A DNA stretch of 64,000 nt from the human T2T-CHM13v2.0 reference genome, Homo sapiens: the NCBI RefSeq assembly GCF_009914755.1, contig NC_060927.1. One strand, 5' to 3'. Under the pieces are notes generated by a model. The model did no database searches. It was not told the origin of the DNA and was given only the letters and a program-made list of their open reading frames with translations. Shown here one piece after another: positions 13,192 to 26,912 of this stretch; positions within the stretch are counted from its first letter, which is position 1; the number at the start of each line of letters is the position of its first letter. The translations under genes were made by a program, and so were the position numbers.

Positions 13192-13474
13192 CCCTGGGTG
13201 TGGTGGCTCCACACCCTGTAATCCCAGCACTCTGGGAGGCCGAGGTGGGCAGATCACTTGAAATCAGGAGTAGGAGACAAGACTGTCCAACGTGGTGAAA
13301 CTAAAAATAAAAAAATGAGCCCAGCATGGTGGCGAGCACCTATAATCTCAGGTACTCCGGAGGCTGAGGCATGAGAATTGCTTAAATCTGGGAGGTGGAG
13401 ATTGCAATGAGCCCAGATTGCACCACTGCACCCCAGCCTGGGCCGCAGAATGAGATTCTGTCAAACAAAAAAAA
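13192..13474 (+). mobile_element. AluS with a small internal deletion
   Basis: Alu dimer with A tail; ccccgtctcta is missing after gtggtgaaa. Confidence 0.93.
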
Positions 13475-14537
13475 TTAAATGCAATTTTATATACTATATA
13501 GTTCAAGACAATTTTTTGTAGATTTTGAATATTTTTAAGCTAAAAAGGTGTGTTTAATTCTGTTATGTCCAGTTTAACAAGCAGAAATTCAGCCAACACT
13601 TCTATGTTCATTCAGTGGTTCTGAATGATAACTTGAGGTTCATAAAAATGACTGGAGGCACAAAAGTCTGCCTTGAAATGTGTTTTTTTATAATAGAGAA
13701 AGATTTAATTGAGGCAATACTTCACAATTTTAAAACTGTTAATTCTAAAAACTCTAAAATATGGGCAATTAAATACTTCATGAGTCCTTTAAGACAAAAA
13801 AAATCAGTAAACATATTGAATGATTATATCACTAATAATTATTCACTAAGATCATTAATGGAAGTTGTAATTTCAAACTCTGGTTGTCAGGTACAAATAA
13901 ATCCCCATTAACTGCTCTAGATCTATTGACACTTGCTACATTGGCTTAAAATTTTGGTCTATAAGAAAGATAAAATAGGTACTAAAATTTTAAATCAAGG
14001 TGTTTACTCAGACTCCAATTTTTTTTTTTAACTTGAAGAACTTGATTTAAATGCTTGTGTTTAGTAAGGCTTAAAACCATTGCAAATAATGGAAATTATA
14101 AACATGCCTGACAAACATTTGTACTTTTACTGGAACTGAGTTAGTATTTTAAAATTTCTGAGTATGTTCTTGTGATTTTAGTAAAGTCAGTAGATGCTGT
14201 TTAGGCAAAGTAAAAAATCTTAAGTGAAAATTCATAGTTCACAAATTCCACTATATTTATAGGTGGTTAAATATGTAAAGGTTTAAAGAGACAACTTGGC
14301 TCTAAAAAATTAATTATAAATTAATAAGCTGCATTTGATATATTTGCACAGAAGATAAATGCCCCCTTCAACATTATTATTAAAATGATGGAATTAGCAG
14401 ATGGTATTCAATGGTAGGCTATCTGATATATTAGTTTTATTTATAAAGAGTCTGGTTCTTTCTAAAAACAAATAAATAGTTGTAATTGAGAGCCTTTAGA
14501 TTTGCTATTTACATCAAAAAAAAAAAAAAAAACCCTA

Positions 14538-14905
<368 letters not shown>

Positions 14906-17539
14906 AAATAAAGCCTAAGGTGGACCACTCTGACAATGCACTATTAAAGGCTTCCATTTTTTTCCTGTAACAGAAAATATCCAAAGTTTCTACAGTTTCT
15001 CAAACTTTGTTAACAATATTAAGGTTTGTTATGTCCAAGAATTTTACCTGTTTTAGTAAGTATCATAATTACTTTTGCACCAGCCTAATAATACTTTTTA
15101 TAACCTAAATCTCAGGGTTACTTAAAATGAAAAATATTTTTCAGAACACAGCATAAGAATACTAGAGAACTTTATGGAAAAGAACTGCTCAATATCTTAA
15201 GTTATTAGGCAAGGCTGAAATTTGAAAAGTTTGAAAAGGCAAATTAAAAATTAAGATTAACCCAGACTATCAGTAATCCTTTTAAGTCTAATTTTCAAAG
15301 AAAAATAAAGAGATACCACTCAAAATAGCTCCTAGAATCTATTGTCATATTTTCAGTGTTTTCTGACAATGTCCACTTAATTCTGTTATTAAATATAAAA
15401 CGTGGCAGGTCTTCTCAATGTGTGCCTGTATTGTTGTATTGTTTTCCAGGTGAACAGAATGGTTCTACCAAGATTTCATTACTGTTCACAGTTGGTGCTT
15501 TGTAATTCTATGTAATTTTAATTAAAGAAGAATTCTGAAACAGCCTCCCTCTGTGCTACCTCCAAGCATACAATTAGCCGAGTACAGTGTCTGCTGTGAA
15601 CAGTCAGTTAATGATTTCAGTTTAATAATTTATTATTGCTTTTTCAGTGCCAGCCACACTAGAAAAATAAGAAGCTGAAACTGTATGTAGCAAACAGGCA
15701 TTTAAGGTGCACAGTTTAACAATCTCAAAAGGATTGCTTTCTCTGTGTAAGTCTAACATCTCCACAAGCCCCCAGATCTTTATAAATGAATGAATACTAT
15801 TTTTTTCTCCCAAGGTTTCAAGGAGAAAATAAATTCAGATTTTCCTCTTAAATGTGTCTGTGTTTAGTGAATGGTTCCTATGTCAAAGTATCCTTCCCTC
15901 ACTACTTAAAAACAAGATATTATTCTCAAATATACCTTTGGGGAATTAGAGGGGTACTAGTAACTTTATACACTGGTATTAAGTCAAATTTAAATAGTCT
16001 TTTAAAAAAGTTTGTTAAGTTCTGCAATGAGCCATTTCCCCAACTCGAAAATCTGGGCAAACAAGCTGAGCTGCAATCCTTGACCTAAAATGATTCTTCA
16101 TTTGAAGATATCACTTTATTATTACGCTAGAGAAATCAAGGCATTTACATTACACATTCTATTTTTTTACAAAAAATGCAAAGCAATCTCTAAGTAATCA
16201 CTAGTTCTTTCAATAAATTTGTATTCTGTTAGTCCATTCTGAAAACTGGCACCTCGATTATAAGGATGTTGGAGAGTTAAAAGTGATAAAAAATTTTGAA
16301 AGCAAAGGAACAAAAACATACTATTAAATTATACGTTTTAATATTGGCATAAAAAAAGATAATACATTTGATGTAATTTTGTTTCAATTGTGGGTATAAG
16401 AGATCATGGGCTATTACATAATAGTAATGTTTTCTTTATGTATATATTCAGAGCCATATATATGCATACATATAGTAGTTCAAATATTTCAATCTATATA
16501 ATACGTAGATAGAACTATGTTTGCTGATATACACAGTTAGGCTTATCTACAGAAATCAGTGCATTTTTCATACTGATTAAAATTATGTTATGTTTATTTA
16601 TATATTATTTCTAGATCCTTGTTGAAAATTACAGAATTCAGGAAAAGTATGAGAAGAGCAAATATATTTAATAAAATTCAGAGCTGTAGAAATCACTTGA
16701 ACCCTAAATCTTGACACTTTACACTTGAACTTAGCTCTATCCCATCCCATGTCTACATGATAAAACATAGAGCCAAAGCGTGAAGAAGAAGAGTATATTA
16801 GCCACACAAAGAAAGTGAAAAAATATTTGTCTGTTCTCTTCTTCCAAAGGGTAAGGAGAGCTGGATATAGTGGATGTCCTGAATTTCCTAAAAAATATCA
16901 TTCTAATGACATTTCCCTAAATGCAACAAGAGGAGCACAGATGTACATGACTTTCGTGCCTAAACATTCGTCTGACATTACTTAGGTAGTAAACTGAAAC
17001 ATCTTGCATAACACAATACTGTAATTATGTTCACAAATTGGAGCATAAATGAGTTGATGTAATCATGTTGCATTTGACACAAAGTTTTACAGTACATAAG
17101 AAAGGTTAAACAGATTCTTTTGTTCACAACAGCAATAATACCATTGTCTTTAGTTTATGGCTCATAATGTCATGTGAAGTCTATCATATTTTTAAAAAGT
17201 AGTCCTAAGAATCATTGCCATTCTGTTTCTTTTGCGTTTACTGTCACTTGAGGAATTAATCAAAATGCACTAAAATTCACATCTAATTTTAATTTGTCTA
17301 AGTTTTATAAGTCAGTTTGCAACTTGTAAACAAAATTTTGATAGAAAACAATGGATGCCTATTGCTATTTCCACAATAGCTATTCATATGAGTTGCTTAA
17401 GAAACACTTTAATAAAAACAGCAGTTTAAGAACTATATTGAAATTATGCCCTCTTTTCACTAAGATGGAAAATGTATTCTCTGCTTCATTGTGTGTTATT
17501 TTTGAGGATAAGAACGATTGCCAACCATTTGTTTTCCAG

Positions 17540-17692
17540 ATATTCGGGACAGTGGGGGTCCCAAACCAGTGATGGTGTATATCCATGGTGGCTCATATAT
17601 GGAAGGTACTGGAAATTTATATGATGGAAGTGTCTTGGCAAGTTATGGCAATGTGATCGTCATCACAGTCAACTATCGACTTGGAGTACTCG
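17540..17692 (+). CDS. NLGN1: NLGN1 exon of the cholinesterase-like domain ((D)[50 protein letters not shown](G))
   Basis: Acceptor gttttccAG (17538-17539), 153 nt open in phase 1, donor GTAAGA at 17693; carries the carboxylesterase-family [10 protein letters not shown] and VNYRLG motifs. Confidence 0.98.
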
Positions 17693-20600
17693 GTAAGAAG
17701 AGTCTCTCTTTTGTTTTCACCATGAATCCATGAAGTATGTGATGGTTTTGTTTTGACTTGTTTTGTTCTGCTTTGCTTTGTTTCACCCATTTTTTTATGC
17801 TTGTTGACATTCTCGAGCCCAAATTTTTTATAGTTTCGATGAATTCTATAGGTTGGTTTTAAGATGTGAAACTAAAAGGTGATGAAATTATTCACATTGT
17901 CATGGAATGTACTTCCTGGTTTATAAACTATGAAAGACAAAATGGCAGGGCCTTATTGAAGAAGAGTACATCTTTGAACAAATATTTCCTTCTTCTGCTT
18001 TTCTGTTTACAATACTCTAAGTTTCCCTGAGGTTTGGCGTGAGCTAAGACTAAATTTACATTCTCTTCTGGAGTATGTATATGGACTCGCTTTTGGGAAT
18101 GATTGTTTGCCATTGTGATGGAGGTTTCTTTGGTTTGTTGTTGTTATTTTGGTTCCATAATAATTAGTAATATTTTTCTGAATGTATTCTGATTGAATTA
18201 TTTAATTTGAAAAAACATGCATTGATTTTATAAAGTAACAAAGAATTCAGTTCAATGATGTATACTCTTGCCAAAAGAATGATAAATACAAAGTGGAGAT
18301 TTTTAGCTTTGATAAAAAGTATAGAGACATATTACTTATAAAATAACTTAGGTATTCTGAGATAGGCATGTTATCTTATACAATAACCAGTTTTTAAAAG
18401 ATAAACTTGCTATTCTAGCATATATTTGTTTGTTATAGTATTACCACAATTTGAGGAGTAAAATTACTGTATGATTTAGTAAAACATCTTTATCTGTGAT
18501 GTATTTAATTAACAGAATTTGCTAAAAGAGCACAATGCATCCACAAAATACTTAACTTTTTAATCTTAATTGTCCTCCAAGTCTTATCCCATACTATAGA
18601 CTTGAAGAAGCGTAAATTATAATTTTGTTTATACACAAAGAAGCGCCTCACTCTTTCATTCTATTATCTAAAAGATTCTGAAAAAGGAATTTGTATTATA
18701 TTCCTTCCTTGGTAGTATCATATCTTTTATCCACGTTGAGAATCAGAATTTTTCCCCTTCAGTGTTATTGTAACTCCTATGTAATCATAATTCTGTGTTT
18801 ATGCTTATCACAAAATATTTTAAAAGGTAGAATAATTTTTGTGAATCAAGTTTATAGTCTGGGGGAAGGAGACATTTTACCAATGTGAAGGTTAAGTCTC
18901 AGTCATTTTCTAGTTTGCTTTTTTGAAATTTGGAGTGTGGTGAATGACCATAGATGCACTGCGTTAAGTGTAGGTATAAAATATTCTGTAGCACTGATCG
19001 AATACACATGAGTTCCTCCATAGTGTCTAATCATCCATTGCTTCAAACATTCATATGATTTCTGTGGGCTGGGATGAGTGTCTTTCCACCAGTGAAAACT
19101 CTGTGTATTTAAGACATATAAATAATTGCTCATAATAATTCTTGAATCTTAAACCTTGAATTCTTAAATCTTAATGTTGTCATTTGTTTCCTATGGAACA
19201 TTTTCATTGGAAGGAGGGTTTTTAATATTTTCATGCATTGAATCTTAATGGTAGTATTGTTGAGAGCTCAGTTGTTTTTGCTGATTATTATTCTTATATT
19301 TTTCTAATTTTTAAGTTGAAAATCCTGAGCAGTGGCCAGTTTGCCAGATGAAACTTTAAATTGAAATGCTAAATTATGGTAACAGTGTTTTTAAGGACTT
19401 GAACATCCAGTTATTCATATTTATCTATTTTATTTAAGAAATGCTTTGGCCACAACTTTTTTTGCCTCTTTCTGTTATTGGTTCTGTTTATATAAAGCAA
19501 GATTTCATAACATAAACTTTGTTGTTATGTTAACAAAAACTTTACCCATTCTTTTTCTTTTTATGTGTTCAGAACTGATGAGGACTTGACTTTGACCTGA
19601 TTTTAATCCTATATTCATGCCCATACCCCATTTTAAATGCCGCACTGTGAGGATTGGATTGCAAGGCAATGGATTAACTCGCTAAAATATAAAGCACTCA
19701 GTCAATCACTTGGTTTAGATAGTAGCAGAGAGCAGACAGTATTGATATTATCAAAGTATGATTTCCCAGTGTTAAATATTTGTTCTGGCTCTACTGTACC
19801 CTAGAATATAACATTTAGTTGTCTCCTCTCCTTTATTTCTCTTAAACACATTATACACTGATAACAAGCCAAAGGCTGTCCTTGATAGGCCTCCTCTCAA
19901 CGTGACAAAACATAAACTCTGTGAAACATTGTTTAGGTAGACTTTAAGACATTGGTTCTCGAACAGAGGTATTCTGGTCACTTTTTTCCAAAAATATGTG
20001 TTGGGTATTGTGAAAATGTATTTAAATAAATTAATTCATAAAAAAGAAATTATCAGAACATTTGTTTCAGCATACTTTGCATGAGTGCCGCACCACAGCA
20101 AGATCAACAGCTCATCGGACAGAACTGCAACAATAAAGACTGTAGACTTTTGAGATTGATGTTGTGAATAGTTTGTCTAACAGTAAAAAGGTAAGCCAAG
20201 GTTTCTTGGGTGTGGGATCCAAGACTATGGCTGTCTAATTTGCACTTGAGTGATTAAGTAGGAAATGAGATATGATCCCACATCCGAGGAAATCCTGAGC
20301 TGTGTTTTCACTGGGGTATTTTGGTGTGAAAGAAATAGATTTGGGGGTCCAATGGACAAACTGGGTAATTACAAGATCATTGATTTGAGGCGACTGGTTG
20401 GAACAATCAGGATGTCTGGAACAGGTAGTGCAATCTGTGTTGATTTGAACTTGCCATGTGGAGGTGGTGGGGAATCTTACAAGTTTTGTTTTTTGCTCTT
20501 TGATTTTAGTGATGAATAGAGATGTGATAATGTTTTAATTAGAAAATTCGTACAGCTATCTAGCTGCCAATTTTTCAGTTTAAAGATCTCATGTTAAAAA

Positions 20601-21120
20601 AAATTTGTTTATTACAAAGTAGGAATAGAATAGAAGAAAAAAATACCTCTACCATTCCTCAGAAGAAGCTAGTAACAGGTCAGAATTAGTTCTTCTACCG
20701 ACACCCTTTAGTGGTTTCCTTTCCAGTGGTAACACAGAATATCACTCTTACTGTGTGGTGTATGATTTTCCCCCACCCTGGAAATGCTATTGGAAGTGAT
20801 AGGAAAAACTGCCAATAAGATTGACAAAGAGGGAAGGGAATGCAGGACTCTGCCTACTAACCTCACTCCCCAGTTTCATGTTAGAGCTCCTGGCGACCTC
20901 CTGCCATTTAGTTTCACACTTCTTATACACTAAATATTTAACTTTTCTTTCACTTTTGACTTTACACATTCTTTGTCCTCAGCCAGTTTTGACATAAACT
21001 TTCCATATTTGCTTTCTTCAGCATCTATTATTTGATATATTGTTACATAGTCCTTATATATGTTTAAAATTATTGTTAGTAGGGTATTTTTTAAACATTC
21101 TATTGTATGGTTTATAATCA

Positions 21121-21495
<375 letters not shown>

Positions 21496-22306
21496 TTAAA
21501 GGGGGGAAATAATCAAACTTAAATGTTCTGATTGTAACTAGGGTAAACATGTTCTTATGGACAAGAATTATAGAATATATAAGATAAGAATTGAAAGAGA
21601 ATATAAAATAAGTCACTATTAGATGAGATGTCCACAAAACATTTTTTAAAATAGAAATTATTTAAGTGATATTGACAAATGTCAAACATGAAAAACATGT
21701 TAAGTAATTTATCATTAAAATGTTCCAACCACTTATTTAAATTCAGAATAAATCTTTAAATTACTTTTGGAGTAAAAGAAAAATTTTAATACCCCTGTGA
21801 GGATCTTACTTGGGCAAACGAGATTTTAATCTGGTGGAAATTTAATCAGTTACCTTTATCTTGACATAAATATCTTGGAGGCAATTATGCAATTCATAAT
21901 TCTAGCACATGTGATTTATTTTAGAAAAAAAGTTTAAATATTTTAGAAGTACTGATATCTATCTGGACATTTGGCACATTTTTGGAAAAGGATCTAATTA
22001 AATATTTTACTTGGTAATTGAATATTTACACCACCCGTCCATGGAAAAAAATAATTTAAAGTGCTAGCTCACCTACTTATATTTAAACAATTAGATTTAG
22101 CTTACTTTATAATTCTATGTGGGGCTAAATTGTTTAAAACAAGCTTTTGTTAACTTCACTGCATATACATTTAATGAACACCTTAATTTATTTTTATTCT
22201 ATTAGATATGGTTAATGAAATTTTTTGATTCTTAAAATTAGACTATCTATGCCATAATAATGCTTCAAGTATTATTAGATAAATGGCAACAATAACTATA
22301 ACTTTA

Positions 22307-22572
22307 GGCCAGGCGTGGTGGTGCATGCCTGTAATCTCAGCACTTTGGGAGGCTGAGGCAATAGGATCACTTGAGCCCAGGAGTTCAAGACAAGTCTGGG
22401 CAAAATGGTGAGATTGTGTCTCTACAAAAAATTTTCAAAAAATTAGCCAGGTGTGGTGGCACATGCTTGTATTCCGGGCTACCCAGGAGGCTGAGGCGGA
22501 AGGATCAGTTGCGTCTGTGATCCTACAACTGCACTCCAGCCTGGGTGACAGAGTGAGATCTTGTCTTAAAAA
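22307..22572 (+). mobile_element. AluJ with right-arm deletion
   Basis: ggatcacttgagcccaggagttcaag is J-type; right arm lacks about 30 nt. Confidence 0.9.
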
Positions 22573-22575
22573 GGT

Positions 22576-22674
22576 TGTGTGTATATACACGCACACACAT
22601 ACTATATATGTGTGTGCGTGTATATATATATATGTGTGTGTATATATATATGTATTTTTATATATATATATATA
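22576..22674. repeat. Compound (TG)/(TA)/(CA) microsatellite
   Basis: Directly visible after the Alu tail. Confidence 0.9.
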
Positions 22675-24504
22675 AAACTTTGGTGTGGTCAGTCATCAAA
22701 TCAGTAACACTTGTTTTCAGCATTATACACCTTTTCTGAGGGATAAAAGTGAGGACAGTATAGTTTTTATCTTTAAAAAAGAGCTTTCAATATAGTTGAG
22801 GAGAAAAACAGTAGAGAATAATAATTGTTATTCTACTTTATATTTATAATATATTGATTTATTAATTGATCTATATGAATAGATTCACTTGATATATAAA
22901 AGGAAAACAGAACGAGAGAAAAGTAAGGAAGGGTAGAATATCTGATGGATTAGTAAGGATATAGTAATTGATATTTATATTTGAAACTGATTGGCCTAGG
23001 ATCAAGGAAATTTGCTAAAGCCTGTGCATTGATCATGATTTAAAGAGCAAAGCATATTAATTCCTCAAGTGGTACAATGTTTTGTCATTGTTACTCCTGT
23101 TTATTGAATTGTTTTTGTTTCTGTCTGACTCTTTCAAAGAACCCCCAAAAAACAAAAGTCTCATACTCCAAAACAAATAAACAAAAAACTTCAAGTGGGA
23201 TCATATATTTAAGAGTAATATTTAAACAAATGTTAAATTTTATGCGATTGTAATATTCTACAACACATCCAAATGCGTTCTTGAGATGTAGAAAGAAAAG
23301 GAGTCAGTGTGTCTATAGAGTCCAGACTGTTTTCATGGAAATGGTGGTACCGGAGGAAGGCCACAAAGAGTGGAGTATCCTTGGTATTAATTGAAGGAAA
23401 GGGAGAAAGACAGTCTTTATTTCTATTTTCATTTATTCATACTAATTTGAAAAAGTGGAAGTAATTTGTGACAATGCACACAAATAAATAGATTGGTAAA
23501 ATCATATTTGAATAGTAATACAGAGAAAAGGATACAGAAAGTTAGGTCATGAATATGTACAACAGTTGAACACAGATGCATTTCCTAGTTTTCTAGAAGC
23601 ACAGTAAAATATAATGGATTTAATTTCATAATTATCATAATCACAAAAAGGAAACAAACATATTCACCAGAAAAAAATACGCAAATAATAGTTTCTCTTA
23701 CATTGTACTACAGAAGAATTTATCATATGGGTTGTATTTCTTCTATTTGAAACGTGACAATACAGGAATTGTGTGATAGTCTTCGTGTCATTATAAGATG
23801 CAAAAATATTCTCAGTATATGATTATTTATAGTAACCTTCTGTAAAAACCAAAGACATAATAAAGGCAGCTGGGGAACAAAAGCGGCGAGGCCGAGGGCT
23901 AGGCCTGTGTCCTCCCACGGACGACCGTGACTTCCCAGCAGCCCCTGAGCTGGGCCCGCAGGGTTCGTGGGGTCTGTGGCTTTCACCCAGGGTGCGTGTC
24001 TCGCCCACAGGGGCACCCCATAGTGTCATAACTTCATAAGTGCTCATAACTTCTATAATATCATTTTAGCAAAGAGCTAACCAAAGGCAATCTGGGTAAG
24101 ATATTTGGTGATTTCACTTATAATAGGATAGAGCTAAAATACAATTTAGAGCAATGGATGGTTTATTTGATCCATAGATTTCTTCTCTCAAATATGTTAT
24201 GTCAACTGGGTTTTAATAAGGGCTAGATGGTAATCAATTTTAGATTGAGTACTAAAATGAGCTCCTGGAATAGAGAAACTATTTGTCCTGTGGCGACAGG
24301 TGCAGGGGACAACTTTAGATAGGTAATGATATTTTGCAAAGTTGACTGCTCATTATTTTTATTCCCTTACTCCCTCCAAAATGGTTTCAAGTGGCCCGCA
24401 GTAAAAGCAACTATTTATTTATTCCCAAAACAGAAACAATCTGAAAGTAAGTGTGTCAATTATTGTGGATGTTAGTTAAAAGAAGTAAAATGGTGTGTGT
24501 TAGG

Positions 24505-24830
24505 TAATTCATTCATGTATTCGTTCAGCCATTTATTCCCTTATTCTCTATAAATTGAGCAATATTATGTATGTCATTCTCTTAGCTATTAAGGATATTG
24601 TGAAAAATAAGATATATGTGAACCTTGCTATCAGTAGATTGTTAGCTTTAGGGAAGGTAGAAAATAAATAATTAAACAAATCATATAGTTTACATAGATA
24701 ACGATTGAATGCAAAGTTAATTTTCTTAGCAATTACCTATATAAATTCTAGAGAAATAGTGCAATGAGAAGGGAGCTACTTTATTTTAGAAACACAGAGC
24801 AGTTTCCCTGAGGAGGTAACATTCAAGTTT
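24505..24830 (-). mobile_element. L2 3' end (appears to resume at about 26915-27200)
   Basis: attcattcatgtattcgttcagccatttattc...attgagc is the reverse L2 tail; purine-rich body follows. Confidence 0.6.
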
Positions 24831-24832
24831 CC

Positions 24833-25000
24833 ATTTCTTTTTTTCTTTTCTTTTCTTTTCTCTTCTCTTTTCTTTTCTTTCCTTTCCCTTTCTTTTCCCT
24901 TTCTTTCTTTTTCTTTCTCTCCTTCCTTCTTTCCTTCGTTCCTTCTTTCCTTCCTTCCTTCCTGCCTTCCTTCATTCCTTCCTTTTTCTTTTTTTTTTTT
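24833..25000. repeat. (TTTTC)n/(TTCC)n polypyrimidine tract, expanded Alu tail
   Basis: About 165 nt of almost pure C/T, contiguous with the poly-T of the adjacent Alu. Confidence 0.92.
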
Positions 25001-25267
25001 AAGATGGAGTCTCCCTCTGTCACCCAGGCTGGAGTGCAGTGGCTCACTGCAACCTCCGCCTCCCAGGTTCAAGCAATTCTCCTGACTCAGCCTCCCAAGT
25101 AGGTACTACAGGCGCCTGCCACCACACCCGGCTAATTTTTTGTATTTTTAGTAGAGATGGGGCTTCACCGTGTTAGCAAGGATGGTCTCAATCTCCTGAC
25201 CTCGTGATCTGCAGGCCTCAGCCTCCCAAAGTGCTGGGATTACAGGCATGAGCCACCGCACCCAGCC
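24840..25267 (-). mobile_element. AluS (Sc-like) with expanded tail
   Basis: Reverse Alu body 25001-25267; TSD ccatttctt at 24831 and 25268. Confidence 0.93.
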
Positions 25268-25276
25268 CCATTTCTT

Positions 25277-26912
25277 ATACTCTACTGAGAAAACCCTTGT
25301 CAAGATTCCCAAAGACCTCTAGATTGCCAACTTCATTAGTCACTTCTCTGTTTTTATCTTGTATGATCACTTCCTAGCACAGGACACAGTTAACCATTCC
25401 TTTTTTGGCCTGCTTGTTTCGTGGTATCACCCAGGATTTTCCTCCTACCTCCCTGACTGCTTCGTCTCAGTCTCCTTTGCTGACTCCTACTCTCCTACCC
25501 TGACCTCTAAATGTTGTGCAATTAAGCATAATCCTTGGCTCTCTATCCTTCTCTCTCTATGATACGCCTTAAAGAACCCTGTGCATTACCAAATGCCATC
25601 TCTATGGAAGTGACTTTTCAAAACCATATCTTCAAGACTAACCCTTCCTCAGAACTCCAGCCTTTCATATACTTCTGTGTACCAACCCTTCCATGTAGAT
25701 GTTTAATGAATATCTTAAACTTAACATGGCTGAAATATGTTGAATTTCTCAGGCCTCCTTTTCTTATTGACTTCTACAACTAAGTTATAATATTATTATG
25801 TCATTCTTTTAGTTATTAAGGATATTGTGAAAATCCTTAAATTATATTATAATTAATTATAATAGTTAATTAAATATATTTACAAAATTATAAATATAAT
25901 ATAGTCAGTAATGAAATACTGTAATTATATTTTTAATAATAGTTATAATTAAATCTATATCTAATTATAATTGTCAAATACTATAATTATAATTATTATA
26001 AGATTATAGCCTAGTTGTAGAAGTCAATAATAACCTAATAATCATTGCAACAAGAGCAATAGTAATGGTGGCCACATTCATTGAAGACTTATATTCCAAA
26101 ATTTGTTTTAAGCAATTTACATAGATTGCATTATTAAATTCTCACAACTCTATGAGGTAGCATTGTTAGTTTCCAGATTTCATAAATGCAGAAACAAGTG
26201 AGTAGAGAGGCTAACTAATGTATTTACAGTCACACAGGCTAAATAGCATTCAGTGGTGGAACCAGGATTCTAACCTCTCTTAAAGCAACACTGTACTGAT
26301 GTCATTGCCTTATCCATCTGGATGATCAAGTAAAAACTCTTTATTTTCCTAGGTTTTCTAAAACGCTAGATTTAAATCAGCGAAATTATCTTTTAAAAAC
26401 CTGCATTATAACAGCTCACTTCTCTGCTTAACCCACTCTAGTGGCTTTCCATTATTCATTTAGCATAAAATTCAAACTTCATCCCTGCCTTGTCTGGCAA
26501 AAGCCCTCATGAAGTGGTCCTGGCCTGCATTTCTTAGCTCATCTCAAAACACTCTTCCTCTCTGTTCCAGTGGTCATTTATACTTCATAGACATCAAACT
26601 TTCTCCCATTTTAGGCATTATATGCCTGGTGTTTCCTCTACCCCAGATCTTTGTGGGGCCAGTTCTTTATCATTCTGATTTGGTTTAAATGTCATCTTCT
26701 CAGGGAGATCGTCCATGTTCATCCAATCTAACAAGAGCCATCACTTCGTGCCATCTCCCTTTTAAAATTGTCTGCATTACTGCATTACAGTTATCATCCC
26801 TGATTATCTTCTGTTTATATTGGTATTGTTCATTTTGTTATTGTCTAGCTCCACAAAGCCCAAAATAGTTTCTGGCAAAGGATATTTTATCAGAAAATAT
26901 TTGTTAATGAAT
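25277..26912 (+). mobile_element. L2 fragment interrupted by an AT-rich scar and a MIR
   Basis: cttgtcaagattcccaaagacctctagattgccaa...ttaacatggctgaaa; resumes near 26300 and ends aaatatttgttaatgaat. Confidence 0.65.
26055..26295 (-). mobile_element. MIR SINE, near full length
   Basis: cattcattgaagactta...ctcacaactctatgaggtag...gaaac...agagaggctaa...gtcacacagg...ggaaccaggattc. Confidence 0.75.

Noticed and set aside
17518-17733. 71-aa ORF as a stand-alone gene
   Set aside because: It is the 153-nt NLGN1 exon plus intronic read-through on both sides.
24001-24019. CTCF motif in the GC-rich block
   Set aside because: cccacaggggcac is one G short of the AG-RKGGC core spacing.
24776-25072. Lys/Glu/Arg-rich ORFs
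   Set aside because: Reverse-strand translation of the (TTTC)/(TTCC) tract.
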